Of a stretch of 64,000 nt of DNA, positions 22,125 to 34,248 are shown piece by piece (position 1 is the first letter of the stretch; each line of letters opens with the position of its first letter). The translations under genes and the position numbers were made by a program. The stretch is from Alloascoidea hylecoeti (Eukaryota). The DNA is taken from NCBI GenBank assembly GCA_001600815.1, contig BCKZ01000011.1, positions 289,622-353,621 of the forward strand, read 5' to 3'. The notes under the pieces are model-generated. The model made no database searches and was not told the DNA's origin. It was given only the letters and a program-made list of their open reading frames with translations.

Positions 22125-22752
22125 TCAAAACTCGCCGCACTCGGTCACCAGAATTTCCTCTTTGGGAGCCTGCCCGCTGACGACCGGCACCTGCCCCATC
22201 CGGTAGACAGTTGTCGTTCCCTCGATTACCCGCCCGATGACACAGTGTTTGCCGTCCAGGTGAGGAACCCGGTCGAGGCAAATGAAGAACTGGCACCCGT
22301 TGGTGTCGGGGCCCGAGTTGGCCATGGACACAGACATGGCGTCGTGTGGCAGCCATTGCGTGCGGTTTTCATCGGGAAACGTGGAAGACCCGAAGATGGA
22401 ATAAGAGCCTCTGCCGTCTCCTTTAACAAAGTCACCTCCTTGGACAAGAAGACCGGGTATGATTCTGTGAAAGCTCGTGTTTTTGTACCCGACGGGGGAG
22501 TTGTTGACCTGGGTTTCTCCGGTACAGAATTGCCGGAAGTTTTCCGCCGTTCTTTACGGTTCGAAATTGGTCAGCCAGGAGAAGTATTAATAGTAGAAAA
22601 ATACACTTACCTTGGAAATTTGTCTGCGAAAAGTTCAATTTTCACCCGTCCTAGTGAGACACCTCCCAGCGAAATCTATATACTGTTAGAGTCTTGTTAT
22701 TCATACAAGGAGAAAATACACACACATCTAAGAACACAATTGGATTTTCCAT
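22125..22752 (-). CDS. Cyclophilin H (U4/U6 snRNP-associated PPIase-like); complement(join(22125..22551,22611..22675,22726..22752))
   Basis: Spliced product MENPIVFLD|ISLGGVSLGRVKIELFADKFPR|TAENFRQFCTGE...FHRII...QGGDF...SMANSGPDTNGCQFFI...LDGKHCV...ECGEF. TAENFRQFCTGE and NGCQFF are cyclophilin H-typical. Introns are 22676-22725 and 22552-22610. Confidence 0.88.
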
Positions 22753-22891
22753 GTTTGATTCGTTGGTGAAATGTGTTTTTCGGCTATTGTCAAATGAAAT
22801 CCCATCAAATGGAATCGGAGTCCGGGTAAACCCCGGGCTGATAAACCTCCAAATTATAGATCGGACTTAATTGTGTACAAACAATATCACA

Positions 22892-23923
22892 ATGGAAAGA
22901 ATACACACCTCAGATCCTGCCATCAATTCAGCAATCGATCGTTCAATTCCTGAATTCCCTGCTGCTGATATCCAAGCAGAAGATGATTATTTCCATCATA
23001 ACCCACCTCCCCCATATTTACCTTCAATCTTAGAATCTGTTGATAATTTCATAAAATATCATCAATCTACAACACAAAAAAGAAGAATTGTACTAGTTAC
23101 ATCGGGTGGTACAACTGTACCATTAGAAAACAATACTGTTCGTTTTATCGATAATTTTTCTGCTGGAACAAGAGGTGCAACATCCGCTGAATATTTTTTA
23201 GAAAATAATTATGCCGTTATTTTCTTACATCGTGAATTTTCATTATTACCTTATTCAAGACATTATAGTCATACAACAAATTGTTTTTTAGACTACATGA
23301 TTGAAGATTCAAAAACTGGTAATGTTATAATTGATTTAAAATATCAAAATCAAATGAAAGAAATTTTAAAAAAATATCAAAATGTTAAAGAAAAAAATTT
23401 ATTAATTAATATTCCTTTTACAACTGTAAATCAATATTTATTTACATTAAAAATTATATCTGAATCATTAAATAAAATTGGTACAAATGCTTTACTTTAT
23501 TTAGCAGCAGCAGTTTCTGATTTTTTTTTACCACATTCAAAAATGCCAAAACATAAAATTCAATCATCAAAAGATCATGGTGGTACAGGTAAATTAGTAA
23601 TTGATTTAGAACCAGTTCCAAAATTTTTAAGAAGAGTTGTTGATAATTGGGCCCCAAAAGCAATGATTGTTTCATTTAAATTAGAAACTGATGATTCAAT
23701 ATTGATTAAAAAATCAAGATATTCTTTAGAAAGATATGGTCATGAATTAGTTATTGGAAATTTATTACAAACTAGAAAAAAACAAGTTATATTTGTAACT
23801 ACTGAAAAGGAAGAAATTATTAAATTAAATGATGAACAATTAAAAAATAATGTTGATATTGAAAGTATTATTATCCCAAAAGTTATAGAATTACAAGATA
23901 ATTGGAAACTTAAATTTAATTAA
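22892..23923 (+). CDS. CAB2: Phosphopantothenate-cysteine ligase
   Basis: VLVTSGGTTVPLENNTVRFIDNFSAGTRGATSAE, YLAAAVSDF, SFKLETD. First ATG is 22892 (the track starts at an upstream TTG). Confidence 0.95.
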   Translation: MERIHTSDPAINSAIDRSIPEFPAADIQAEDDYFHHNPPPPYLPSILESVDNFIKYHQSTTQKRRIVLVTSGGTTVPLENNTVRFIDNFSAGTRGATSAEYFLENNYAVIFLHREFSLLPYSRHYSHTTNCFLDYMIEDSKTGNVIIDLKYQNQMKEILKKYQNVKEKNLLINIPFTTVNQYLFTLKIISESLNKIGTNALLYLAAAVSDFFLPHSKMPKHKIQSSKDHGGTGKLVIDLEPVPKFLRRVVDNWAPKAMIVSFKLETDDSILIKKSRYSLERYGHELVIGNLLQTRKKQVIFVTTEKEEIIKLNDEQLKNNVDIESIIIPKVIELQDNWKLKFN

Positions 23924-23930
23924 ATACTAC

Positions 23931-23966
23931 ATGTTTATGTTTATGTTTATGTTTATGTTTATGTTT
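23931..23966 (+). repeat. (ATGTTT)6 microsatellite in CAB2 3' region
   Basis: Six perfect hexamer copies. Confidence 0.9.
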
Positions 23967-25171
23967 GAAGTCTAGATAGCGTACAAAATTTATAAAATAA
24001 AATCATCTTATGAAATTAATGTACGGGAATCGAAGATTCTCGCATTTACTCTGGACCAATCAACTAAAAACTAAACTCCCTCATTGTTTATGAGATCTTT
24101 ACGACTCGCATATACGTTCGTCAATTAAGAAAATTTTCGTGATTGCCTCGCACTCGTCAAAATCCGCTTCGATACTTACAATCAGAAATTTAACAGTGTG
24201 CCTCGATGTTCGCCAAAACGTGTGTGTTCAGTGTTCGCGTCTCGGCGATGCGCGGCCTATGACTTATAGAAGCCATCTAGGTGTGAATGGCGATGATGGA
24301 TGGAAAAAAAAGGGTGCGAACTTCGTAGGGTTGGTTCATTTTTTATATTTATGTTAAATAGTTATCTACCAAGACTTTTAAACAAAGAGTTTCTTAAACA
24401 AAAACTTTTAGGACGAGTATTTTGGTTCCATTATATTTAATATATACTGAAATATTTATAAGCTTGAGCTATTAACTTAAGCTTTTTTAATTTAATATGT
24501 TGATTTACTGGTTTTACGATATCTGAGAAACATCATACACTTTTCTGATATAGTACTCTGCGTTAATATCGGCCATTTGTTAACCTATATATTCGCCATA
24601 TTTTAAGCTAAATAATTCGACCACATGATGTAATAGTATTCGATCAACTTCTTACTTAAGTTCGGCCTCCTTTATGTATATTTTGGCAAAAACCGATATT
24701 TCGAAACTTTGAAAGGTCTTAATATTTTCAATGGAAATCCAGCCTTTCTTTAATACCTTTGAAGATTTTGAAAGACTACTTCTGGCTATATATAATTATA
24801 GACTCCATGAATTCATTCATCACTTAATATTACTTGAAATATTAGGAATATTATTAACTCGTTTAAATGAATATCTCTTACTCCCTAAGCCTTATTCCTA
24901 ACTCACATTCATTTATCCTTCTTTATTTCATTAATCCGATTACTAAATCTTCATATAAGTATAAGGTATATAACCTAAATAATCTACAGTGATTTCATAT
25001 AAGATCTAATAACAATACAAATTATTAACTACCTATAATGAAAATTAGTTGGATTTAGAATTGGTTGGAATTGCAATTGATATATATTTGCAATTTTATT
25101 ACTTCATTTTAATCGTAATCACATATAATTGTATTTTGCATATAACGCGTATCAATAATTATATGCATATA

Positions 25172-25780
25172 TTACCAACGTCCTCCTGGACCACCTGGAC
25201 CATCTCCAAATCCTTGGCCTCCTGGGCCACCTTCTGGGCCACCAAATCCTCCATGATGACCACCTGGACCTCCAAATCCTCGCTCTTTGTGACGGCCACC
25301 ATGATGTTCCTTACGTCGTTTGCCATCATCGCTACTGTTTCCATCACTGCTGTCGTCATCACTACTGTCACTACTGCCTTCATCATGACGACCACCTTGA
25401 TGCTTTTTATGTCTGTCATCACGACGACGACCGCCTTCATGTTTTTTATGTCGGTCATCATCACGACGACCACCTTGATTTTCATTATTTCGGTCATCAT
25501 CAAGACGACCACCTTGATATTCATTACGTCGGTCATCATCACCACCACCACCGGTGAGTTTATTCTTAATTTGATGATCAAAAAGACCAATTGCAGCACC
25601 AGCAGCAGCGCCAGTTTTAGTATGGCCCGTAAGTTTGCCAATTACACCACCGGCAAGACCACCAATGAGGGCTCCTCCAATACCACGTTCTCCATCACCA
25701 CCTTCATTGTTTCCGGATCCTTGATCTTGGTTGTTACGGTCGTTTTGATTATTAGCGTAGAAAGAATCTGATTCACCCAT
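25172..25780 (-). CDS. Gly-rich hydrophilin with ERG + glycine-zipper motif (YNL208W-like), family copy A
   Basis: 202 aa. ERGIGGALIGGLAGGVIG...GAAAGAAIG; repeats GGRxDDDRxxxxQ/E; ends GGPGGRW. Upstream TATA (GACTATAAAT) is shared with copies at 45 and 49 kb. Confidence 0.8.
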   Translation of the reverse strand: MGESDSFYANNQNDRNNQDQGSGNNEGGDGERGIGGALIGGLAGGVIGKLTGHTKTGAAAGAAIGLFDHQIKNKLTGGGGDDDRRNEYQGGRLDDDRNNENQGGRRDDDRHKKHEGGRRRDDRHKKHQGGRHDEGSSDSSDDDSSDGNSSDDGKRRKEHHGGRHKERGFGGPGGHHGGFGGPEGGPGGQGFGDGPGGPGGRW

Positions 25781-26963
25781 TTTTATATAGTATTTGTATA
25801 ATTAAAACAATTATTAACAAATAATTGGGAAGTTGAGCTCATTTATAGTCCTCTTGAAACATATTCCAATTAATATAATCATACAAAAAAATAAAACTCA
25901 TCATTTGATCCATGATAAATCAATATTTTATATAAAATCAAAGACATTAATATGTGCGCGTCACTCTACTTGTCGCATTTATTTTTGAAATTTGATATAT
26001 AATGTATCCATTCATATACGGCAATTTGTAACATCATTTAAAACATTTGATTGGAAGATTTTACAACCATCACAATTTGAGAAGTTCATGGATTGACACA
26101 ATTGGATTTACTGTGTTCTGCATGTATAAACGTCTAAAGTTTAGCCAATATCTACTGATATGATCCATCTAATCGTCTTATTTCGCTTGCTGTTCTTTTT
26201 TATTTCGCAATTAGATTTTTATGCGTTCCTTATATTTTGATTTAATTTAAGTTCTGTTCACACTCTCAATATTTTCAATTTGTTATCCTAGATTTTGATA
26301 TACGTATACTGGCAGGTCTAGCCTCGGAGATTGTGTTGTTTTGGGATGCCGCTTTCTAAGATATGTGATTGTGTCATAGCTTCGCTCTTCTATTTTTTTA
26401 GATATTTCCCAATTGCTACATTGCAGAAGTATCTTATTATTGACTAAAAGTTATTATGTTGGCAGATGGGAGAAGAAATTGTTAGTGTAACAAAATGAAA
26501 TCGTGGAGAAATAAACTAAATTGGCTATATCGTCGATACTCTTATATGTACATGTACCATGTTATTGTTGTTGGCAAATGAAATCGACCCCTAAACATTC
26601 GATTTGATGTCATTTGAGAAGAGTCGATCATCACATAGAATATATAGGAGGCAATTGAAATTTGCTAGGAGAATACTACCCTATAATCAATAACAAACTT
26701 AACAAATCTCCTTTCTGCCTATCAAGTCACTAGAATCCACTAAATAACCTTAACATCGTGATGGAAATAAAAACGACCATCTGAGAGACGATAGTATTTC
26801 CCTTAAGCTTTCTTTCCCTAAATAAAACATACTTCAACTTATGAACTACAAAGGCAAGAATTACTGCTGATCACAAGTGACAATTTTAGTTATATTCTAT
26901 TTAGTGACTTCACTATCGAGTAAGCTATTGGACCATCGCCAATATTATATATAATAGTCTAGT

Positions 26964-28699
26964 CTATAAAAATGACATGCCAATACCAAATTGAATCCCT
27001 TTTCTAACAAAATCATCATGCCTTGCAATTAAAGGCATTGTTAAATTTAATTCTAATCGTACAGCTGGATGTCTATAAACAATACCAAATCCAGCAGAAA
27101 TTGAAGGTTCTAACAATAATTTTTTTAAGTTTTTAAAATCATTTTCACCATTAGAATTTAAAAGATTATTTATTAAAGAACCAGAATTTATAAATGAATG
27201 AAATCTTAAATTTGAATCTTTTTTCAAATTTGGTAATCTTGTAAATAATGATAAACCATTTGATAAGAAAAAATCACCACCCAATGAATCATTTAAATCT
27301 TTTGGTCCTAAACCATTTAAATAAAAACCTCTTACATCATTTGGTCCACCAATGAAAAATCTATCCATTGGATGAGATTCTCTTTTTTCTTTTTTATTAT
27401 TTAAAAAATTCATTAAAAATCCAAATCTTGAATTAAAATGAAATATAAAATCATCATTTTTTAAAGATTTCGATTTTGAAATTTCAAAAGTTGATTTTAT
27501 AAAATTTTCATGACTTTTTAAAAAGTTAAAAATTGGTAAAATACCAGAAATTTCAGTATTTAATTTTAAATTTAAACCTTTTGTTGGTAATAATAAATTA
27601 TTTCTTGAATCAATTTCAAAATTATGAATTAATGATGTTTTAAAATTATCACCTGCTGATTTTAAAATTGATTCACTTGAAAAAGGTTTTAAATTATAAA
27701 TTGTTCTCCAAACAGTTTCAAAACCAAATGAATGTTTAATAATTGGTTTTGGTAATCCATTTCTAGTTATTCTTTCTTTTGAATTCAAATTCATATTATT
27801 TAAATTTAAATTTAAATTTGTATTTATATGTTTAAAATTAGTTGAAAGTCCAACTAATTTTTCATGATGTGATGACCATGGTATATCTCTACTTGTAATA
27901 AATCCTAATACTTCATTTTTCCAATGTGCTGAATTATTAATTGGTTGATTGAAATTAATTAAATATGATGATTTTGTTCTTGTACCAATTGTTGCATCTA
28001 ATGTTAAATTTTCTCCACCACCAAAGATATTCTTAATTGCCAATTTTGTATATCCATTACCTTCTCCATTACCAACACTTGTACCAGTTTCCATGAAGAA
28101 TTGTTTTGATGGTAATACATGTAATGAAGTTATTAAATTTAAAGTATCACTTTCATTATTATTATTATTATTTAATGATGATAAAGGATTCATTAAATCA
28201 CTAAAGAAATCCTTTGGTGCTACATCTAAAGTATATTGAACATTTTTAAAAATATTAAATGATACTAAATTTGCTGTAACTTCATCAATTGTTGAAATTA
28301 ATGATGATACTGTATGTTGTTTATTAATAATTGGTGAAATTTGGGTTTGTAAGAATGATGATCTTGTTTTATTACCACCAATTATATTTATTTTCGATAT
28401 ATTAATAGGTCTAGTTGCATTATGCGTTAACTATCCATATGAAATAAATATATCGTTAATAACTGATCTCATGAAATTTAAACAAACATAAAAACTTACA
28501 ATTTCTTCTAATTCCTTTCTTGCCAATTCCTGTTGTTTTTGTAAATTTTCTTGAAGTTGTTGTTGTTTTTGTTTCTCATTGGGATCTTTATATTTGGTAA
28601 CCCGAGAAGCAAGCTATCCAACAAAACAAAGTTAGTTGGATATAATATGGTCATGGATTATGTGATCGTTATTCTTACTGAATCATCATCTCCAATCAT
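26964..28699 (-). CDS. SAM50: Mitochondrial outer-membrane beta-barrel assembly subunit; complement(join(26964..28430,28500..28613,28679..28699))
   Basis: Omp85 motifs NIFGGGE, DRFFIGGPNDVRGF, RLELN, QFGIGMSFL. Two introns (28614-28678, 28431-28499) restore the N-terminal POTRA region in frame. Confidence 0.92.
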
Positions 28700-28894
28700 T
28701 TTTCTCCAAGTTCAATTTAAAGATTAACTTGCAATTGAATTCCATTAATTGAAGGTGAAAAATTATGAGTTCTCACCAAAACCTGAAAAGTCAAAAGTAT
28801 AATCTTTGGGTGGTGTATGGATGTTACAAGATATTGATATTTTGAATATGATACTTCAAATCAAATCGAATCAAAGAAAAGAAAAAAAGTAGAA

Positions 28895-30077
28895 ATGACG
28901 TTTACTTCAGAACCTCCTCGTTTTGTTAAAACCGCTGCAATTATGGTATGAGTTTTTTTTTTTTCATTTTGTTACAATTGTTGATTCAAACTTAATTAAG
29001 AGAACGAGACATTTTAAATCTTAAGAAAAGAATTATAATTAATATTCCAATTATTATCAAATTTAGATTATTGGAGATGAAGTTTTAAATGGTAAAATCA
29101 CAGACACAAACTCTAAATACTTTGCAAAGAAATGTTTTGAATTGGGTCTTGAATTAAAACAAATTGTAGTCGTCGGAGATGAAGAAAAAGATATTGTTGA
29201 AACTATTGTAAATCTTGCTCGGAAATATGATTTCATTTTAACTTCTGGAGGTAATATATATATAAAGTTCAAAATACTGATGGTACTTATATTTACTAAT
29301 TATTGATTATACTATAGGGATTGGTCCAACACATGATGATATCACTTATGAAGCCAGTAAGACAGATTTCAATTTAAATAAAAGGTCTCAACAGTTTACT
29401 AATCTTCAAATTTATCAGTTTCCAAAGCGTTTGGAGTAAACCTGGAATTGGATGATTATACGGTAAATCGAATGAAATCATTAAGAAATATTAAATTTGA
29501 TTCTTTTGATGAAGAAGCAAGAAAGGCCCAATTGCGTATGGCAACACTTCCTACTGGTCCATTAGCCAAGTACTTATATGTTTGTGATGATTTATGGGTG
29601 CCCATTGTTCGTGTTGCGGGGAAAGTCCACATTTTACCAGGTGTTCCTCAGTAAGTACCATTTCCTATTAGAAGTGTCATACATAATTAATATACTAACA
29701 GAAACATATTTCATGATAGATTATTTGAAAAGTTGCTTGATGCTTTGATCTCTCAAACAATATTTGAAACAAGTGCATTTCATCGTCTTTACGTCCTAAC
29801 AAAAATGAAGGAGTCTCGAATGGCGCCATATCTTACCATTTTACAAAACAAAGTGGATGAAAAATTCAAAGCAGGAGAAATCCAAAGTAAGATTAAAATT
29901 GGTTCATATCCTCATATGGGCGTTGAATTAAATACAGTTAGTATAATTGGTGATAGTAGAGATGAAGAATATCTTAAGGAATTAGTGATTGATATTGAAA
30001 AAAATGTTGAAGGGAAACAAATTTCCAAAGAAGAAGAAGAGAAATTATCAGAGAATATTGATCCAGTAAAACTCTAA
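28895..30077 (+). CDS. CinA/MoCF-biosynthesis-domain protein (YMR178W/Fpy1-like); join(28895..28945,29067..29250,29318..29356,29419..29650,29720..30077)
   Basis: Spliced motifs IIGDEVLNGKITDTNS, TSGGIGPTHDDITYEA, ILPGVP, KIGSYP. All four introns are GT..AG and preserve the frame. Confidence 0.88.
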
Positions 30078-33000
30078 TTATAAATAATATTCTCTTTTAG
30101 AAATAAGTTTTGATCTAATTAAAACCGAACATAGTGGTAATTATATAGACTATAAATAAAATCATAGACTACCCATAATTATAGCTAAATTCTGTGCAAA
30201 AGATTGATAGAAGATACAGTTTTCCTTATCTGTTCGTGGCGTTAGTTTCAGATATCAGCTGACGGTTTGAAAATTAGATTATGACAATAAATTGTGCATT
30301 TATTTGATAATTCTTTAGTGTAGGATGAGAAAATTCATTGCTTGTTATTCTACGTAATTGATATCGGTAGCTATTGATTTTAAATTTTAGGATGCTATTA
30401 CTTTGTTGCTGATGTAACTATTGCTAACGACAGTCCCCAAAATACCAAGTAAAAAGGACTTGTTTCCTTTATCAGCTTTTAAATTCACTTTTACAGGACT
30501 TCTGTCCTCAAATTTTAAATACATAAAAAGCGATTTTCTTAAAATTTATCAAAACGGGCAAGAGGCAATAGGTTTTTCAGACTTGGTTTGGAATATAATC
30601 ATCATAGTAATGACTCACCAAGGATCAAGACTTTCTCGTTTCATTGATATCATACATTAAATCCCTTTAATTATTTGCGTAAATGAGAATTTTATTGAAC
30701 AATGCGATTTCACAATTCACTAACTTTAAAGTTTTCATTACATCTTAGTTATACCGGTATTTATTTCCGGTATATGTGCGATCGTTATACTTTTGAGATT
30801 TGAACATATAAGAATAACCCTGAATCAATTAATAATGAGGTGTAATCTCCTTGTACTAGGACCACAGCTATAGTGTAAATATAGATAATAAAGTTGTTTC
30901 AAGTATAATTACAATGAGATTTAGTTTATTATCAGTAAAAGAAAACAGTACATGATAATATAATATAATTGCAATATTTGTAACATTGGTTTAACTCAAA
31001 TTGTGATATGAATATATCTCCATAATCTTCTTCTTATATGTTTAATTGATCCACGGTCATATTATCTTCTTCTTCAATTGAGAAATAACGATTTAATGAG
31101 GAATTATTGGGTTTTTGATTCTTATTAGAGGATGAATCACGTTCCTATTTTGATGATTGGATTATGTATTGTGCCGGTAATACTTGATGAATGATTTATT
31201 ATAGGTAGTATTTGATGCATTTCAGAATCGATTTTTATTTAATATAATCAGTATAATCAGAAACAATCGTCATATCCGTTGCAATTTCAGAATCCTTACC
31301 TCCCTCGAGCTCTACTTTTAAAATTATCATTAGTAGTAGTGATTAAAATTGGACCATTGGGTTTAAATTTAGCAACTTCCATTTCATTATCATATTCCTC
31401 AGCATTCTCAATTCCACCCCCATTTTGACATTGATTGAAAATTATGGGGGTTTAGAAGAAAAAGAATGTTAATAAATGATTGAAGTGATTGCATTATGTG
31501 AGTCCATCAGTTCAATATTAATATATCTATAGCGCTCACTATTATTATTGGTTAACCATTACAACGAAATTCAAATTACATTTACTTATAACGAACAACT
31601 TTTTTCTCGCACGAAATATTGGTCTCCTGAAAATATACATGCATCTTTACGGATTACTAAATGAGGAAGTATATCAGCATATATGCATGCACTCATCTAG
31701 ATAAGGTATATTTCACTGCAATTTTTAGCGCGATGCAGATTTCGCAATTTTCGTTTTGTGAGGACTCCATTTCTTCTAATATATCGATGTTCCCCATTGG
31801 AATCAATCTAAGCATATGTATCGGAAATAATAATATACATCAATTTTAAGTTATAAAAGGATAATACATATGAAGATGCAAATATAAGTTATAGAACAGA
31901 ATTTTTATGGCTAAATGGAAGCCACATCCCAAATATCAAAATTGCTAAGTATGTAAATGAGAATTCGACATTAGTATGGTATTGAACCTCCTATGACAAA
32001 TTCCAATCTTATCTGATTTACATTATAACCTGGTCCCATCTTCCTGCATAGCTACAGGCATCCATGATGGATAATGGATAATGGATAATGGATAATAGTT
32101 TGGGAAATTTGGATATGATAATTTGATAAGTCATAAAAGATATCCATGTGGTGTTGCGACATGGGCATATCCATAATATCGATATATCTCCAGCCTAAAG
32201 TTTGAGCGCTAATTGATCTCTCCTCATTTATGCAGTTACAGGTATATGGTGAACCTCAGCACAGCCGCTATTTCTGGAATGAGCTTAATGGCAACTTACA
32301 ACACACTTTCTTCTCCCGTTTGGTCCCTTGTACAGTAAACCAAGGAAGGAGGTTTATAAAAGGAAACCAGTTAATAAATTAAAGTAATTAAACATAATAG
32401 TGTAGTTTGTAGATTATTATAGAATAACTAAAATTTAATAGATTATTATTATTTCTAAAATATTGCGTGTGATAAAAGGATCACCACATGTGCCATACCT
32501 ACATGACTAAACAAAAAACTTGCTATATATTTTAAATCTTTTAAAGCAATTGCATTGTTTGATTTTCTTGGTAATATTCCTTTCATTAATTAAAGCAATT
32601 GAAAATATTACACACAAAAGACACAAATAAAGCCTAAAGTTAACATTCTTTCCGCCATGCGAAATTGGGAGTGAAATTGCAACTTACATATGCGAAGCAC
32701 TCAGCATATAAAATTAATATTGGAATTTGGAAATATAATCCCTCTCTAGATCCCAGCTATCCAAAAGTTACCCAATGTCATGCCTCGGTAAAACCAATGA
32801 CTAAATATAGATATTATTGGTGTGATGAGTAAACCTACAACCAACTTTGATGATATTCAGTACAAAGGCTCACCAATTGCAATGATGAAAAACAATAAAT
32901 ACACTAGATCCAATTAAACATAATGTATTGACTCCATATAGAGCCAATATTGAGCCTACTAAAACACCTCAAAAGTAGGTCTAGGCTATGAGAATATGAG

Positions 33001-34248
33001 CTGAAAAAGTCGATCCGATATTTTTCGGATGAGAATTGCTTTTCAATTTGGTTGAATATATGCTAGGCCTAGTTATACTAAGATCACATTCTTATAATTA
33101 CATGATGTGATAACAAAAAAAAAAAACAGAGCGCCAATACTGATTGGAAGTTTGGAACTCACTTTTATCGTGTAGAAGAACTCAGACCGACATATAAATC
33201 TTTAAAATTTAAAATGTACATTGTCTTAAATTTTACTTCAGGAAAAATTTCTATGCTCATTACATTTCCTAATATTACTGCAGAAACGTTATATTAATCA
33301 AATAAATTAAAATCTCTCATTATAATTAACGCTATTTATAGTTGGTTAGATAATAAATCTTGTTTCCGAGATCATCTATATTAATCTATCATATAAATAG
33401 ATTCCAATGATAATGATATGATTAATAAATTATTATATAAAGTATTTATTCTTTTTTTTCCTTTAAATGAAATGAAATTCTTTCAGATTTAATCGATTTA
33501 TAATTAAGTTTTAATTTAATCTCTTTATGAAGATTCATTGAATATGAAGATGAAAACAACCAAGAAAAATATTAAAAGAAAATGAAAATGACAATGATAT
33601 ATTAAGCAAGGAACATAATATGTAACATTAATAATTAATATATTTCCAATTAATTATAATGTTAGCTATATATATATATACAGCTGTATTTGATTTTTTG
33701 TTTAATGACCGCCAATTAAAAATTAAAATAAAGTTTATAATTAACAAGATTATTTTTTTTAATCAAGAGTTAATTTAACTTTTTTAAAAATAGAATGAAA
33801 AATGAAAAATGAATAAAAAAGAACCAAAAAAAATTTATAGCTATGAGGGCCCTGGATGAAACCAACATAAAACAAATTAAGACAAAATCAAATTTAAATC
33901 AAAACAATACAAGACAAAGCAAAACACTAAAACAAAATATTTATTTATATGTATAAATAATATCACAAAAAAAATATAAAAATGCAAAAAAAAAACAATT
34001 CAATTCAATCAATAGATAAATAAAATTCTCTATAATAAACATTTTAAATTTTCACAATTGCAATATCAAAAAATGATGATAATAATAATAATAGTCGTAA
34101 TAAGAAAGTAATGATAAATAACAAAAATAGGTAAAGATAAATGATTATGATATAGTGAGATAATGAAAAATACCAGTTATAGGTTAGTTAAGCGTCCAAA
34201 GTAAACAATTAATATATTTTTTTTTATTATTATTTTAATGAAGGGTTA

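Noticed and set aside
22114..22769. Multiple overlapping ORFs, and horizontal transfer as an explanation of the GC-rich block
   Set aside because: Explained by a single spliced cyclophilin H gene with host-like introns; similar GC peaks occur in other native genes.
25049..25771. 240-aa plus-strand T/M-rich ORF and 160-aa alternative-frame V/M-rich ORF (25159-25641)
   Set aside because: Antisense and shifted-frame shadows of the Gly/Asp repeat gene A; repetitive codons lack stops in other frames.
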